The notes under the pieces are model-generated. The model worked only from the letters and a program-made list of their open reading frames with translations. It made no database searches and had not been told where the DNA came from. From Escherichia coli (GTDB lineage Bacteria; Pseudomonadota; Gammaproteobacteria; Enterobacterales; Enterobacteriaceae), in assembly GCA_902500205.1 (NCBI GenBank), contig GCA_902500205.1_4868.1: a stretch of 64,000 nt of DNA; one strand, given 5' to 3'. The translations under genes and the position numbers were made by a program. How positions within the stretch are numbered: position 1 is the stretch's first letter; every line of letters begins with the position of its first letter. Positions 27,434-35,626 of the stretch are shown here, one piece after another.

Positions 27434-29611
27434 ATGTCCTACACTCCTGATTTAGTGGCGACCGTGATTCGGTCGCTCAACCGTAAAAACGCGGTCGCCA
27501 GAGCAGTAGACCCCGCTAACGTACGCCTGGTGTCCGTGGCGCATCGTGACGAAAAAACCCTAGACGTCACACTGACAGGGGGTCCGGGGTATTCTAGTTA
27601 CGGTCAAATTACGGCCCAGGTCACGAAGCAAAATATTGCTGATTATTTCGCTAAGGTTAAGTTGGATGCCATTCCCACTTGTGCGTCCATCCACGAACTG
27701 TTGCCACATTTAGACACTCTACTAGGGATTACCTTTTTAACCGACGACTTTGAAGACCTGCCCATCACTTGGACAAACAATGCTGCGCGCATCACGTTCC
27801 AGGCGAAACAGACAAGTCTTATCTGGTACGGCAGCCAAACGCTAGATGTGATAAACGGTGACGTGGATATCAACACTGTCTACACTGTTACCAATATCAT
27901 TTTCACGCTAAAGGCTGCGAATAAACAGCAGTGGATTAACTTCTACTCTAATGCAGCCAAACGGATCGTGGATCTTGATAAAGTCGATGTCAGCGCCCCG
28001 ATGTCCCCGGAGGATATAGGCCAAACCTCTGCGTATAACAGCGTCGTAGCTTTGACCGCTAGACCGGGGAGCGGGATGTTTGGAACGAAGTATGTGTTCT
28101 TCTCACGTAACAAACTCGAGACATATGCAGGCAAAACCACATACGTCCCGGACGATTTCACCGGTAGCCTGCATGATGCTCTGGCCATCGAGACACTCGG
28201 CATTCGGAGTGTTTTTGATGTAAACGAAATTGCTCCTGTAGAGAACCTGACAGGCGAGTGGCCGAGACAAGTGCAATTGGCACCCGTAGAGGGTTCGTAC
28301 AAAGTCATGGGCAGCGCCACGTTGAATGTGGCACGCTATCAAGATAACGAGCAAACCCTTAACCTGAACTACACAACTACGTCGCAACTTTCGGACAGCT
28401 ACTGGGCCACAACGTTGATCAACCATGCGGCCTGCGGGCGTTTGTTTGTTAACGTGACCGTAGATGCGGGGGCTTTCGTTTATCGCGACAGCAACCTGAA
28501 ACCGACGTTCGTTATCGACGAATTGCCGCAAATTGGCGAGGTGGTTTGGAACTTCGTTAACCGGGGAACCATTCTTGGTCGTGGTGGTTCGGGTGTGGTC
28601 TACTCTATGCCTGCGAACACATCAGCGGACGGAGCTGACGCAATCCACATTAGCGATACCTTCCGTGGCAAAGTCACCATCGAAAACTACGGCACCATCG
28701 CCGGTGGTGGGGGTGGGGGCGACTACTATGCGTTTAGCACCACCAAGATCGGTGGAGCTGGTGGTGCGCCTCTCGGGCCAGGCGCGGCGGTGCCCAGCGA
28801 CACCAATAACCGTAACGGCTTAGCTGGGTCCCGTGACAAAGGCGGTGCTACCCAGTTAGTCGTCGCGCAATTTACCGGCTACCAGAGTCGCTACTATGGC
28901 GGTCCGGGTGGGGATTGGGGCCAGCCGGGACGTTATACAGCGTTCGAGCAATGGAACACCCCGGCTACCGGCTCGCCGGTCTATGTCTACGGTCGTGAAG
29001 ACGGGATGTCATGGACTCGCCCTGGGATGGCAGGCGAAGCCGTCGGTGGGAATAAAAGTATCGTCAACTGGGTATCCGTCGGAACGGTGAAACCGAATGT
29101 CACCGACGAGTACCAAGAGTTCCTCGACTACCTCGCAGATTTAGATGCCAACCGACTGGCTAGTGCGGATGGGATAGATAAAGTCACCGACCCAACCAAA
29201 CCTGTAGTTGTGGAGTTCTTAGGTACGATTATTTCAGGTACGCTGTTCAAAAAGCAAAACATACCCGGCGGTTTGGTGGGAACACCATACGGCGATGCTG
29301 TAGCCAACTTACCAGCCACCACATTGTTTGGTATCATGGCACACTGTGTATCGGAGTTTGATATTGTGCACGACACTTGGCGTTACAACCGCGCGGTAAT
29401 GTTCACGCTAAAACCCGCACCTACCGGGGCGATTAGCCTCGCTGTGGAACGCAACCGGGTGAAATCGGCTACCAGTAGTGCACCGGTGGAGAAGTTCTAC
29501 GTCGATCGCTTCGTGTATTACGATGCGTATCTCGGTAAAATGATGGAATGTAATCCGTATACCAAATCTGCCCCTAAACCGTGGGTGCGGCCAACGATAC
29601 CGTTATCGTAA
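27434..29611 (+). CDS. family-A-related large protein, 725 aa, Gly-rich internal segment, C-terminal TKSAPKPW motif
   Basis: Weaker N-terminal family resemblance; internal GGGGGGDYYAFSTTKIGGAGGAPLGPGAAVP; C-terminus NPYTKSAPKPWVRP parallels the preceding gene. Confidence 0.65.
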   Translation: MSYTPDLVATVIRSLNRKNAVARAVDPANVRLVSVAHRDEKTLDVTLTGGPGYSSYGQITAQVTKQNIADYFAKVKLDAIPTCASIHELLPHLDTLLGITFLTDDFEDLPITWTNNAARITFQAKQTSLIWYGSQTLDVINGDVDINTVYTVTNIIFTLKAANKQQWINFYSNAAKRIVDLDKVDVSAPMSPEDIGQTSAYNSVVALTARPGSGMFGTKYVFFSRNKLETYAGKTTYVPDDFTGSLHDALAIETLGIRSVFDVNEIAPVENLTGEWPRQVQLAPVEGSYKVMGSATLNVARYQDNEQTLNLNYTTTSQLSDSYWATTLINHAACGRLFVNVTVDAGAFVYRDSNLKPTFVIDELPQIGEVVWNFVNRGTILGRGGSGVVYSMPANTSADGADAIHISDTFRGKVTIENYGTIAGGGGGGDYYAFSTTKIGGAGGAPLGPGAAVPSDTNNRNGLAGSRDKGGATQLVVAQFTGYQSRYYGGPGGDWGQPGRYTAFEQWNTPATGSPVYVYGREDGMSWTRPGMAGEAVGGNKSIVNWVSVGTVKPNVTDEYQEFLDYLADLDANRLASADGIDKVTDPTKPVVVEFLGTIISGTLFKKQNIPGGLVGTPYGDAVANLPATTLFGIMAHCVSEFDIVHDTWRYNRAVMFTLKPAPTGAISLAVERNRVKSATSSAPVEKFYVDRFVYYDAYLGKMMECNPYTKSAPKPWVRPTIPLS

Positions 29612-29654
29612 TTTAACGAGGAACTTGACGGGTTTAAAGCCTGAAGATAAACCA

Positions 29655-29690
29655 TGCCCTCTTCCCCACGGGGAAGAGGCTTTCTTTTTA
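29655..29690 (+). terminator. intrinsic terminator
   Basis: CCTCTTCCCC..GGGGAAGAGG hairpin followed by CTTTCTTTTT. Confidence 0.7.
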
Positions 29691-29716
29691 TGACCCTATC
29701 AACTCAGGAGGTTATC

Positions 29717-30307
29717 GTGGTCGATCGTTGGAGTAAAGAGGGCATTATTCGTGCCAAAGTAAACATCGAAGCCGGTTACGTTAATAACCCGAAAGATTTG
29801 GGTAAAGCAACGAACCGTGGTGTCACCGAACTCACGGCGCGTGAATATGGCTATAAAGGGGATATGCGTGACCTGAGCTTAGAAATCGCGTTAGACATTT
29901 ACAACAAGCTCTGGTGGCAGCGAATGCGTTTAGACCAGATTATGAAAATGAATGTCCTGCTAGCTGACCGGATGTTTGACTTCGGCATTAACGCAGGACG
30001 CGGTAACTGTATCAAGTCCCTGCAACGTATTCTGAACGTATTAAACCGTCAGGGTAAACTATACGATGATATCGATGCCGATGGTGGTATCGGGCCACGT
30101 ACGTTAACAGCGTTAGAAGGCTTCATCAAAGCCCGTGGGGAAGAGGGCCTGAATCGACTGATGTTCGCTTTAACCTGTCATCAGGTTGCGTATTACACGG
30201 AAATCAGTGAAGGGCGTGAGGATAACGAAGAGTTTACTTACGGCTGGTATGGCCGCGTCTATCAGGAAATGCCAGACTACGTGGCTAAGTTGGGGATGTG
30301 CAAATGA
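29717..30307 (+). CDS. putative endolysin, glycoside hydrolase family 108-like N-terminus
   Basis: GTG 29717 five nt after AGGAGG; N-terminal EAGYVNNPKDLGKATNRGVTE resembles the GH108 signature (EGGYVNDP.D.GG.T..GIT) as I recall it; position at head of a lysis-type cassette. Confidence 0.55.
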   Translation: MVDRWSKEGIIRAKVNIEAGYVNNPKDLGKATNRGVTELTAREYGYKGDMRDLSLEIALDIYNKLWWQRMRLDQIMKMNVLLADRMFDFGINAGRGNCIKSLQRILNVLNRQGKLYDDIDADGGIGPRTLTALEGFIKARGEEGLNRLMFALTCHQVAYYTEISEGREDNEEFTYGWYGRVYQEMPDYVAKLGMCK

Positions 30308-30379
30308 AACAGAATTGGTTTGCTGCCTTAATGAAAGCTATCTGGCGCGCCCTTGTTTTTGCCGCAAGGAGAAAACGTA

Positions 30380-30532
30380 ATGACCCACCGTCCAACTCCG
30401 CCTAAGTTCCCCGAAGTACAAACCGTTCCGGAAACGTATTACGATTCTGGGTTCTTCAAACTATTACGCGCGATCTTCTGTCGGAGGGTAAAACCATGCA
30501 ATACGACAACGACGACTGGCCGAAAGGCTTAA
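30380..30532 (+). CDS. possible small lysis-associated protein (50 aa)
   Basis: ATG 7 nt after AAGGAGAAAAC; Pro-rich N-terminus, poly-Thr tail. Below ORF-track size cutoff. Confidence 0.25.
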   Translation: MTHRPTPPKFPEVQTVPETYYDSGFFKLLRAIFCRRVKPCNTTTTTGRKA

Positions 30533-30588
30533 TGCCCATTTTACTGGGATTAATGGTCCTCACGATGCTCGTGCGTTATATGACGTGA
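30496..30588 (+). CDS. possible small membrane protein (30 aa; holin/spanin-like candidate)
   Basis: ATG 7 nt after GGAGGG; single TM-like segment GLMPILLGLMVLTMLV; overlaps previous small ORF in another frame. Confidence 0.25.
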   Translation: MQYDNDDWPKGLMPILLGLMVLTMLVRYMT

Positions 30589-30595
30589 GGTCAGT

Positions 30596-31237
30596 ATGGA
30601 AGCACTTAAGTATAAGTTGTTAGAGAAGCCGTGGTTTATCCTCACGGATGATTTCCATTTCGAGTTTACGTTGCGCAGCCTCTATCGTGAACAGACCGGA
30701 ATGGATGCGATGGTAGCATTAGCAGGTGTGCATCCGGATACCCCGTTATGGGTAACGGTACCGAGAGGATTTGTGACGGACCTGGCAAGCATTCCAGAAG
30801 CGTTACGTCCTATCCTGCATCCGGATGGGCCTTGGGCTGCTGCCGCTTGTGTGCATGATTTGTTTTACCAGAAACGTTCATCGGTAGGCTTTTACCCTGA
30901 CACCGTTGAAGGTAATCTATCTCGTGCTTGCGACAAAACATTCGCTGACCTGATGTTCTTACGCATCATGGAGGCATTAGGCGTTGACACCTTTATTCGT
31001 AAGTCCTTCTACCGTGCCGTTCACGAGTTTGGTTGGCCGTCCTATGTAGACGATAACTCTAAGGTGGTTTATAGCCGGCCGGTAGAAAAGACGTTGTCCT
31101 ATAATCGCAACTACCTGTTCTTTAGAACGTCGCGTACGTTAGCGATTCCTGAACACGAACGTGTTGACATTACTAATGGGCAACCGGTAAACGTGCAGTA
31201 TTTGAATATCAAACGTGCGTTCCTGACTACCCCTTAA
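30596..31237 (+). CDS. DUF1353-like protein
   Basis: Motif VPRGFVTDLASIP matches the G.(V)TDGASIP signature of DUF1353 as I remember it. Confidence 0.45.
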   Translation: MEALKYKLLEKPWFILTDDFHFEFTLRSLYREQTGMDAMVALAGVHPDTPLWVTVPRGFVTDLASIPEALRPILHPDGPWAAAACVHDLFYQKRSSVGFYPDTVEGNLSRACDKTFADLMFLRIMEALGVDTFIRKSFYRAVHEFGWPSYVDDNSKVVYSRPVEKTLSYNRNYLFFRTSRTLAIPEHERVDITNGQPVNVQYLNIKRAFLTTP

Positions 31238-31246
31238 GGAGAGAAA

Positions 31247-31762
31247 ATGTTTCATCCGAATCCTGCCAACTTCGCGTTAAAAGAGTTGATGCCGCAGGAG
31301 TACATCGCGAAATACGGTGAAGGTGCTATTCGTTTCCTTAATCCGTTACTGTTAATCTCGCTCCAACAGATTCGTAATCGTTTTGGGCGGATGGTGATTT
31401 TAACCAGTTCCCAGCAACAGCGTAGTCTGCGTACCCTGCAGTTCTTTATTAATCAAGAGAAACCAAAGGGTGGAGATTGGCAAACTCGTGCAAACAAACT
31501 GTACGCCGAATCAGGCAGTATGCATAAATTCGGTAATGCGTTTGATGCAACAATGCTTGATACTCCGTTGCAGAAAGTACACGACTATATTGCCGCGAAC
31601 CCTAACGAGTTTCCGTTTATTCACTTTATCGAGTGCGATATTACCTGGCTACATGTTGACGTACGCAACCAGCCTGATATCACCTTCTGGTCACCGACAC
31701 GTGGTACCGTTAAAGTGGTTAAGCAACAACCCATCGATTGGAGCAAGCTAGTTAAAATCTAA
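31247..31762 (+). CDS. putative M15-family peptidoglycan peptidase-like protein
   Basis: SMHKFGNAFD fits the SxHxxGxAxD zinc-site motif of peptidase M15 (VanY / L-Ala-D-Glu peptidase type); RBS AAGGAGAGAAA. Confidence 0.4.
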   Translation: MFHPNPANFALKELMPQEYIAKYGEGAIRFLNPLLLISLQQIRNRFGRMVILTSSQQQRSLRTLQFFINQEKPKGGDWQTRANKLYAESGSMHKFGNAFDATMLDTPLQKVHDYIAANPNEFPFIHFIECDITWLHVDVRNQPDITFWSPTRGTVKVVKQQPIDWSKLVKI

Positions 31763-31842
31763 GCCACTTTAATCAAAAGTAATATCATTTATCATTTGAT
31801 ACGTTTAATGCGCTTAGAGAGCGTTTTAGAGGGTAAATAAAG

Positions 31843-31888
31843 CCCTTACCCACTCCCGTAAGGGGAGTGGGTAAGCATTATTTATTTT
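31843..31888. terminator. bidirectional intrinsic terminator
   Basis: CTTACCCACTCCC-GTAA-GGGGAGTGGGTAAG flanked by A-run upstream and T-run downstream; sits between converging plus and minus genes. Confidence 0.7.
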
Positions 31889-32369
31889 CTTCTAACGGAA
31901 CAATCGTAATCGGAGTAGGAACTTCACCGATAAACCCGCTGCTGCAGCGAAAGAATGTCATCCCTTTACCTTCGCCGGTATACGGGTTCACATCCGAAAA
32001 AGAGTAAGTGGGGCTATCGTTTACGGTTTTATTAATACGGTAATAACGCTCACCTGTGGTGGTGTTAACATTCCCGTCGATTTTGCCAATTGTATCTTTA
32101 AACATCATCGGTGACTCTAGTTTGCCACCGTCCCACGTTGCTACCCAGTTTGCACCCACATCCATTACTGTTACTGACCGCGGCATCATCTGTAGATTGT
32201 CCAGAACCGGACGGTAGTCTACAAACTTCTCCTGTGTCCCTGTGCATGTATAAATCACCAAGTCGTGATTCTTTACCGGTGTGCTGCTAAATTGTCCGAT
32301 GTTGCTTGGTGACTGGACGCAACCGGTCAACAGGCTTATAAACGCGAATACGATAAATAGACGTTTCAT
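31878..32369 (-). CDS. predicted lipoprotein (163 aa)
   Basis: N-terminus MKRLFIVFAFISLLTGCVQ: positively charged start, hydrophobic core and L-T-G-C lipobox; isolated minus-strand gene between plus-strand units. Confidence 0.6.
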   Translation of the reverse strand: MKRLFIVFAFISLLTGCVQSPSNIGQFSSTPVKNHDLVIYTCTGTQEKFVDYRPVLDNLQMMPRSVTVMDVGANWVATWDGGKLESPMMFKDTIGKIDGNVNTTTGERYYRINKTVNDSPTYSFSDVNPYTGEGKGMTFFRCSSGFIGEVPTPITIVPLEENK

Positions 32370-32492
32370 AAGGTACCTTTCAGTGTTAAAAAAATTTCTC
32401 GTTTAACGGCCAACTTTACTGTCATATTAAGCCCGCTATGTGGTTTTTGGAATGTTTAGTATGCACCGTTCGCCTACTACGAGGAAACAACC

Positions 32493-33041
32493 ATGGCAGT
32501 TATCTCTGCAAAAGACCAACTCGTCGCGCTGTTTAATGCTGCAAACAGCGGGCTGTCCAGTCCGTTAACTTCTGCTGACGTTACATTCGGCGCTGTTGCT
32601 GACTATTCACCAGCTGATTCTGGAGACACTCGCAACTCCAAACTTACCATCACCGCCACTGCGGAATCCGCTAACTTTACTGGCGAGAAAGAGCTGCATT
32701 ATACCCGTCTCAATTCATTGAACATCATCGGTGCGAAAGCAGTGACCGCTGACCAGGCAGAATGGGATACCGATGATGAAGTGCTTGCTTTTGTCAACGC
32801 AGATCTAATTGCCGCCGGTAAAACGGAAGATGCGTTTGCATTGTCTGAACTCACCATTACACGCGAGGACGGCAGCAGTGGTGAGAAAATCATCACTGTT
32901 AAGGTGAAAGAAGGCCACATTAAATACCAACCTGCCAGCCTTGCTGTTTATACAGTAACGCAGCCAATCGTTAAAACCGACCTGAGCACCACCAATGGTG
33001 AACTGGACGGATTCGACGGCAAAGGTCACGCTGTCATGTAA
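32493..33041 (+). CDS. short family-A-like protein ending TTNGELDGFDGKGHAVM (182 aa)
   Basis: N-terminal pattern (..DQLVALFNAAN...GDTRNSKLTI...HYTRLNSLNII) and C-terminal NGELDGF motif link it to the 13-29 kb array. Confidence 0.6.
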   Translation: MAVISAKDQLVALFNAANSGLSSPLTSADVTFGAVADYSPADSGDTRNSKLTITATAESANFTGEKELHYTRLNSLNIIGAKAVTADQAEWDTDDEVLAFVNADLIAAGKTEDAFALSELTITREDGSSGEKIITVKVKEGHIKYQPASLAVYTVTQPIVKTDLSTTNGELDGFDGKGHAVM

Positions 33042-33077
33042 CAGAGCAATTAGTAGTTTCTAAGAAATAAATAAAAG

Positions 33078-33118
33078 GTACCTACCTCCCTTCGGGGAGG
33101 TAGGGCCTTTATTTTCTT
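33078..33118. terminator. bidirectional intrinsic terminator (UUCG tetraloop)
   Basis: CCTACCTCCC-TTCG-GGGAGGTAGG with A-run upstream and T-run downstream; ends both the plus gene and the minus-strand operon. Confidence 0.75.
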
Positions 33119-33121
33119 TGC

Positions 33122-33793
33122 TTACATGCCGAGTGATTCGGACAATGTTTTTAAACCGGTGTAATCGCGCTTTTCAGCTAACTCACGGATTTGGCGTTTG
33201 TTATCTGCCATTGCTGAGTGCAACACCTGGTCGCGTGCAACAATAGCGCCCAACAACGCTTTACATTGGTCTACTGTAAACGGACTGTGCTTAGTATTCA
33301 GCGTATCGAGCCAGTATTCTGGTGCGGTATCTGCCTGAATGTATTGACCGAGGATGGTACGCGACGATTCATCGGCTTGAAAGTGACTACCTTCAAACTC
33401 GATATAACCATGACGCACATCTTCGTAGCGATGGTCAAGTTCCAACAGCATCTTCTGCACGTCTTCGTAAATGTAACGTGCGGTAGATTTCAGATTCCCG
33501 CGAATTTCGTCGAGGTCAATCTCCAGCACATTAGCAATAAACTCTTTCGTGCGTTTCAATGTGAAGTTAGCTTCAATCTCCGACATCTCATACAGCTTCA
33601 TGCGTGCCAGGGCTTCTTTATCAGACATCCCTTCGATGAGATGGTAATGGAGTAATGCACAAAATCCGGTACGACCCTGATCCTGCGCACCGATTCGTTC
33701 CATGAAATTGCCGTGACGATCAATCGGCAAATCACGCTGGAAATAACGGGCGCGGATCTCTTCGTTCGTTAAGCTTTTGTCAGTAACAGACAT
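33122..33793 (-). CDS. hypothetical protein, last gene of the rSAM/fibre operon
   Basis: ATG 5 nt after GAGGAGG; 223 aa; no assignable motif. Confidence 0.55.
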   Translation of the reverse strand: MSVTDKSLTNEEIRARYFQRDLPIDRHGNFMERIGAQDQGRTGFCALLHYHLIEGMSDKEALARMKLYEMSEIEANFTLKRTKEFIANVLEIDLDEIRGNLKSTARYIYEDVQKMLLELDHRYEDVRHGYIEFEGSHFQADESSRTILGQYIQADTAPEYWLDTLNTKHSPFTVDQCKALLGAIVARDQVLHSAMADNKRQIRELAEKRDYTGLKTLSESLGM

Positions 33794-34335
33794 TCGTCCT
33801 CCTCAATCAGGCCAAGTTCTAACAACAAACCGAAGTCCAGCATCTGGAAGTCCTGATCGAGGTTACCGGCCCACAACAGAGAAATGTTGTGTTGCTCTTC
33901 TTCTTCCAACTGCGGGAGCAGGTGTTCTTCGAAGATTTGACGTTCTGTGTAATAAGCGTCAACCGGGTTATTGGAGCGTAAGTTACGAATACGCATCCGC
34001 GGGAATGACAAGCCCAATGCCACTAAACTTTCAGGACTGGCTTCATCAATAGAGTGACGTAGCAGTTCGATTTTGTGGCGTGGGTATGCAAGCAGTCGCT
34101 TCTCAAAGCCAGGGTTGCGCTTTTCGATTTCCGCGACAGACTCGTGTCCTTTCTCAACGCAGTAGACCGGGATCATCACATTCAGCCCGTATTTAATCAA
34201 CAGGCTTTGGATTTCATCAGTGAAGTCTTCCCCTGCCACAATTGCGTGCACATTGTACAGCTTGCTTTTGCGCAGGAAGCGATCGACCAAGTGCAGTTTA
34301 CGCTTCGTAAAATTGTGAATCAGTATTGACTTCAT
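33769..34335 (-). CDS. hypothetical protein (188 aa) in rSAM cluster
   Basis: Start set at internal ATG (MKSILIHNF..) to limit overlap with upstream rSAM gene; acidic C-terminus. Confidence 0.45.
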   Translation of the reverse strand: MKSILIHNFTKRKLHLVDRFLRKSKLYNVHAIVAGEDFTDEIQSLLIKYGLNVMIPVYCVEKGHESVAEIEKRNPGFEKRLLAYPRHKIELLRHSIDEASPESLVALGLSFPRMRIRNLRSNNPVDAYYTERQIFEEHLLPQLEEEEQHNISLLWAGNLDQDFQMLDFGLLLELGLIEEDECLLLTKA

Positions 34336-35626
34336 TCTGGGCTCCGTTTTGTAATTTTTCTGCTTCAGCACGTTGGCGTACACAACGTGAACAATAGCAC
34401 ATGGATTTATCATGCAAATCTGATGCGCGGGTCGTACCAGTTTTCTGATACCAATATTCCGCCGCCATCAGCTTCGCAGTAGTCCAACCACACTGACGAC
34501 GTTCGGCGTGATACGCTTTACGGTCTTCCAGTGTACCTTCACCGTTTTCGTACGATGCTGCTGCGCAGCTACCGCAACTGTGTTTCATCGGACACCCTAA
34601 ACAGGTTTCTGGGTAGTTGGTGTACTGCGTTTGAATCTCTTCTAACAGCTTACCACCGTCCAGGCTCACAAACTCACGACCGACCAGTTCTGCTACAGCA
34701 GAACGGGAAGTTACCGTGGACATGAAACGGTTACAACCGTAAATCTTGCGATCAAAGCCGAGACAGGTCATGTGCGTCAACGTACCGCAGTACGGTTTCA
34801 GGCGTTCTGGGTCGAGACGAACAGAGTCGTCATGTAAGAGTTTGTCACGCCAATCCGGGTCCCAAGTTGCCATAAAGTTCAGGCCATCCGGGATGATGTG
34901 TGTAATCGTGTTACGCGGGTTGGTGTGCAGACCCTTCTCAATCCAGTAGTCCATCACGTCCATCATCTGGTTCGCGATATCCAACGCCATATGGCGCGGC
35001 AGGATATCTTCGTACGTTACGTTACCAGAGATGGTACCACCGCCGGACATGTCAATTAACGATTTCATGCTGGCGGCATAGTGCGGCAATGTATCGATCG
35101 TAAACGTCGCCTTTACGCCCAGCTCAGCGATGCCAACGCTCTTCAGGTAATTGTAACCGCGTACCGCAGCTTCGTACGACCCTTCACGCGTCGTGGTAAA
35201 GATACGATATTTGTCATGGACTTCAGGTAAACCATCGATGGAGACCCCAATAGACAGTTTGTCTTTCCAGCGCTCGATAATTTCTTTGTTCAGCGGTCGG
35301 TCCAGAAGTGTACCGTTCGTGGAGATACTGAACATATACGGGCGATTGTGTTCTGCGCATAACTTCTCTGCGGTTTCAAAGGCCGCCAAAAGAAGTTTAG
35401 GCTGCATGAACGGCTCACCACCGATGATATCGATGATGACTTCAACGTTCGGGATATCTTTATCGCGCTCGAAACAAGCGTGGATAAAATCAATCACGTC
35501 TGCTACTTTGTTGTTACGCGGATATTTACGCTCGTAGCAGTATTCGCAGTCCAGGTTACATGACAAGTTAGTCACAACCTGATACGTGCGTGGTGTGTAC
35601 TGGATTTGCTGTTCGCTATTACTCAT
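34298..35626 (-). CDS. radical SAM enzyme with SPASM-like C-terminal Cys cluster (putative peptide-modifying maturase)
   Basis: CNLDCEYC (CX3CX2C) near N-terminus, GGEP motif, and C-terminal CLGCPMKHSCGSC (Cx2Cx5Cx2C) plus further Cys, as in SPASM/twitch auxiliary cluster domains. Confidence 0.75.
   Translation of the reverse strand: MSNSEQQIQYTPRTYQVVTNLSCNLDCEYCYERKYPRNNKVADVIDFIHACFERDKDIPNVEVIIDIIGGEPFMQPKLLLAAFETAEKLCAEHNRPYMFSISTNGTLLDRPLNKEIIERWKDKLSIGVSIDGLPEVHDKYRIFTTTREGSYEAAVRGYNYLKSVGIAELGVKATFTIDTLPHYAASMKSLIDMSGGGTISGNVTYEDILPRHMALDIANQMMDVMDYWIEKGLHTNPRNTITHIIPDGLNFMATWDPDWRDKLLHDDSVRLDPERLKPYCGTLTHMTCLGFDRKIYGCNRFMSTVTSRSAVAELVGREFVSLDGGKLLEEIQTQYTNYPETCLGCPMKHSCGSCAAASYENGEGTLEDRKAYHAERRQCGWTTAKLMAAEYWYQKTGTTRASDLHDKSMCYCSRCVRQRAEAEKLQNGAQNEVNTDSQFYEA

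Noticed and set aside
30304-30405. 33-codon ORF starting at the endolysin stop (MKQNWFAALMKAIWRALVFAARRKRNDPPSNSA)
   Set aside because: Amphipathic but not clearly transmembrane, no RBS of its own apart from translational coupling, and it overlaps the better-supported 30380 ORF; left unannotated as uncertain.
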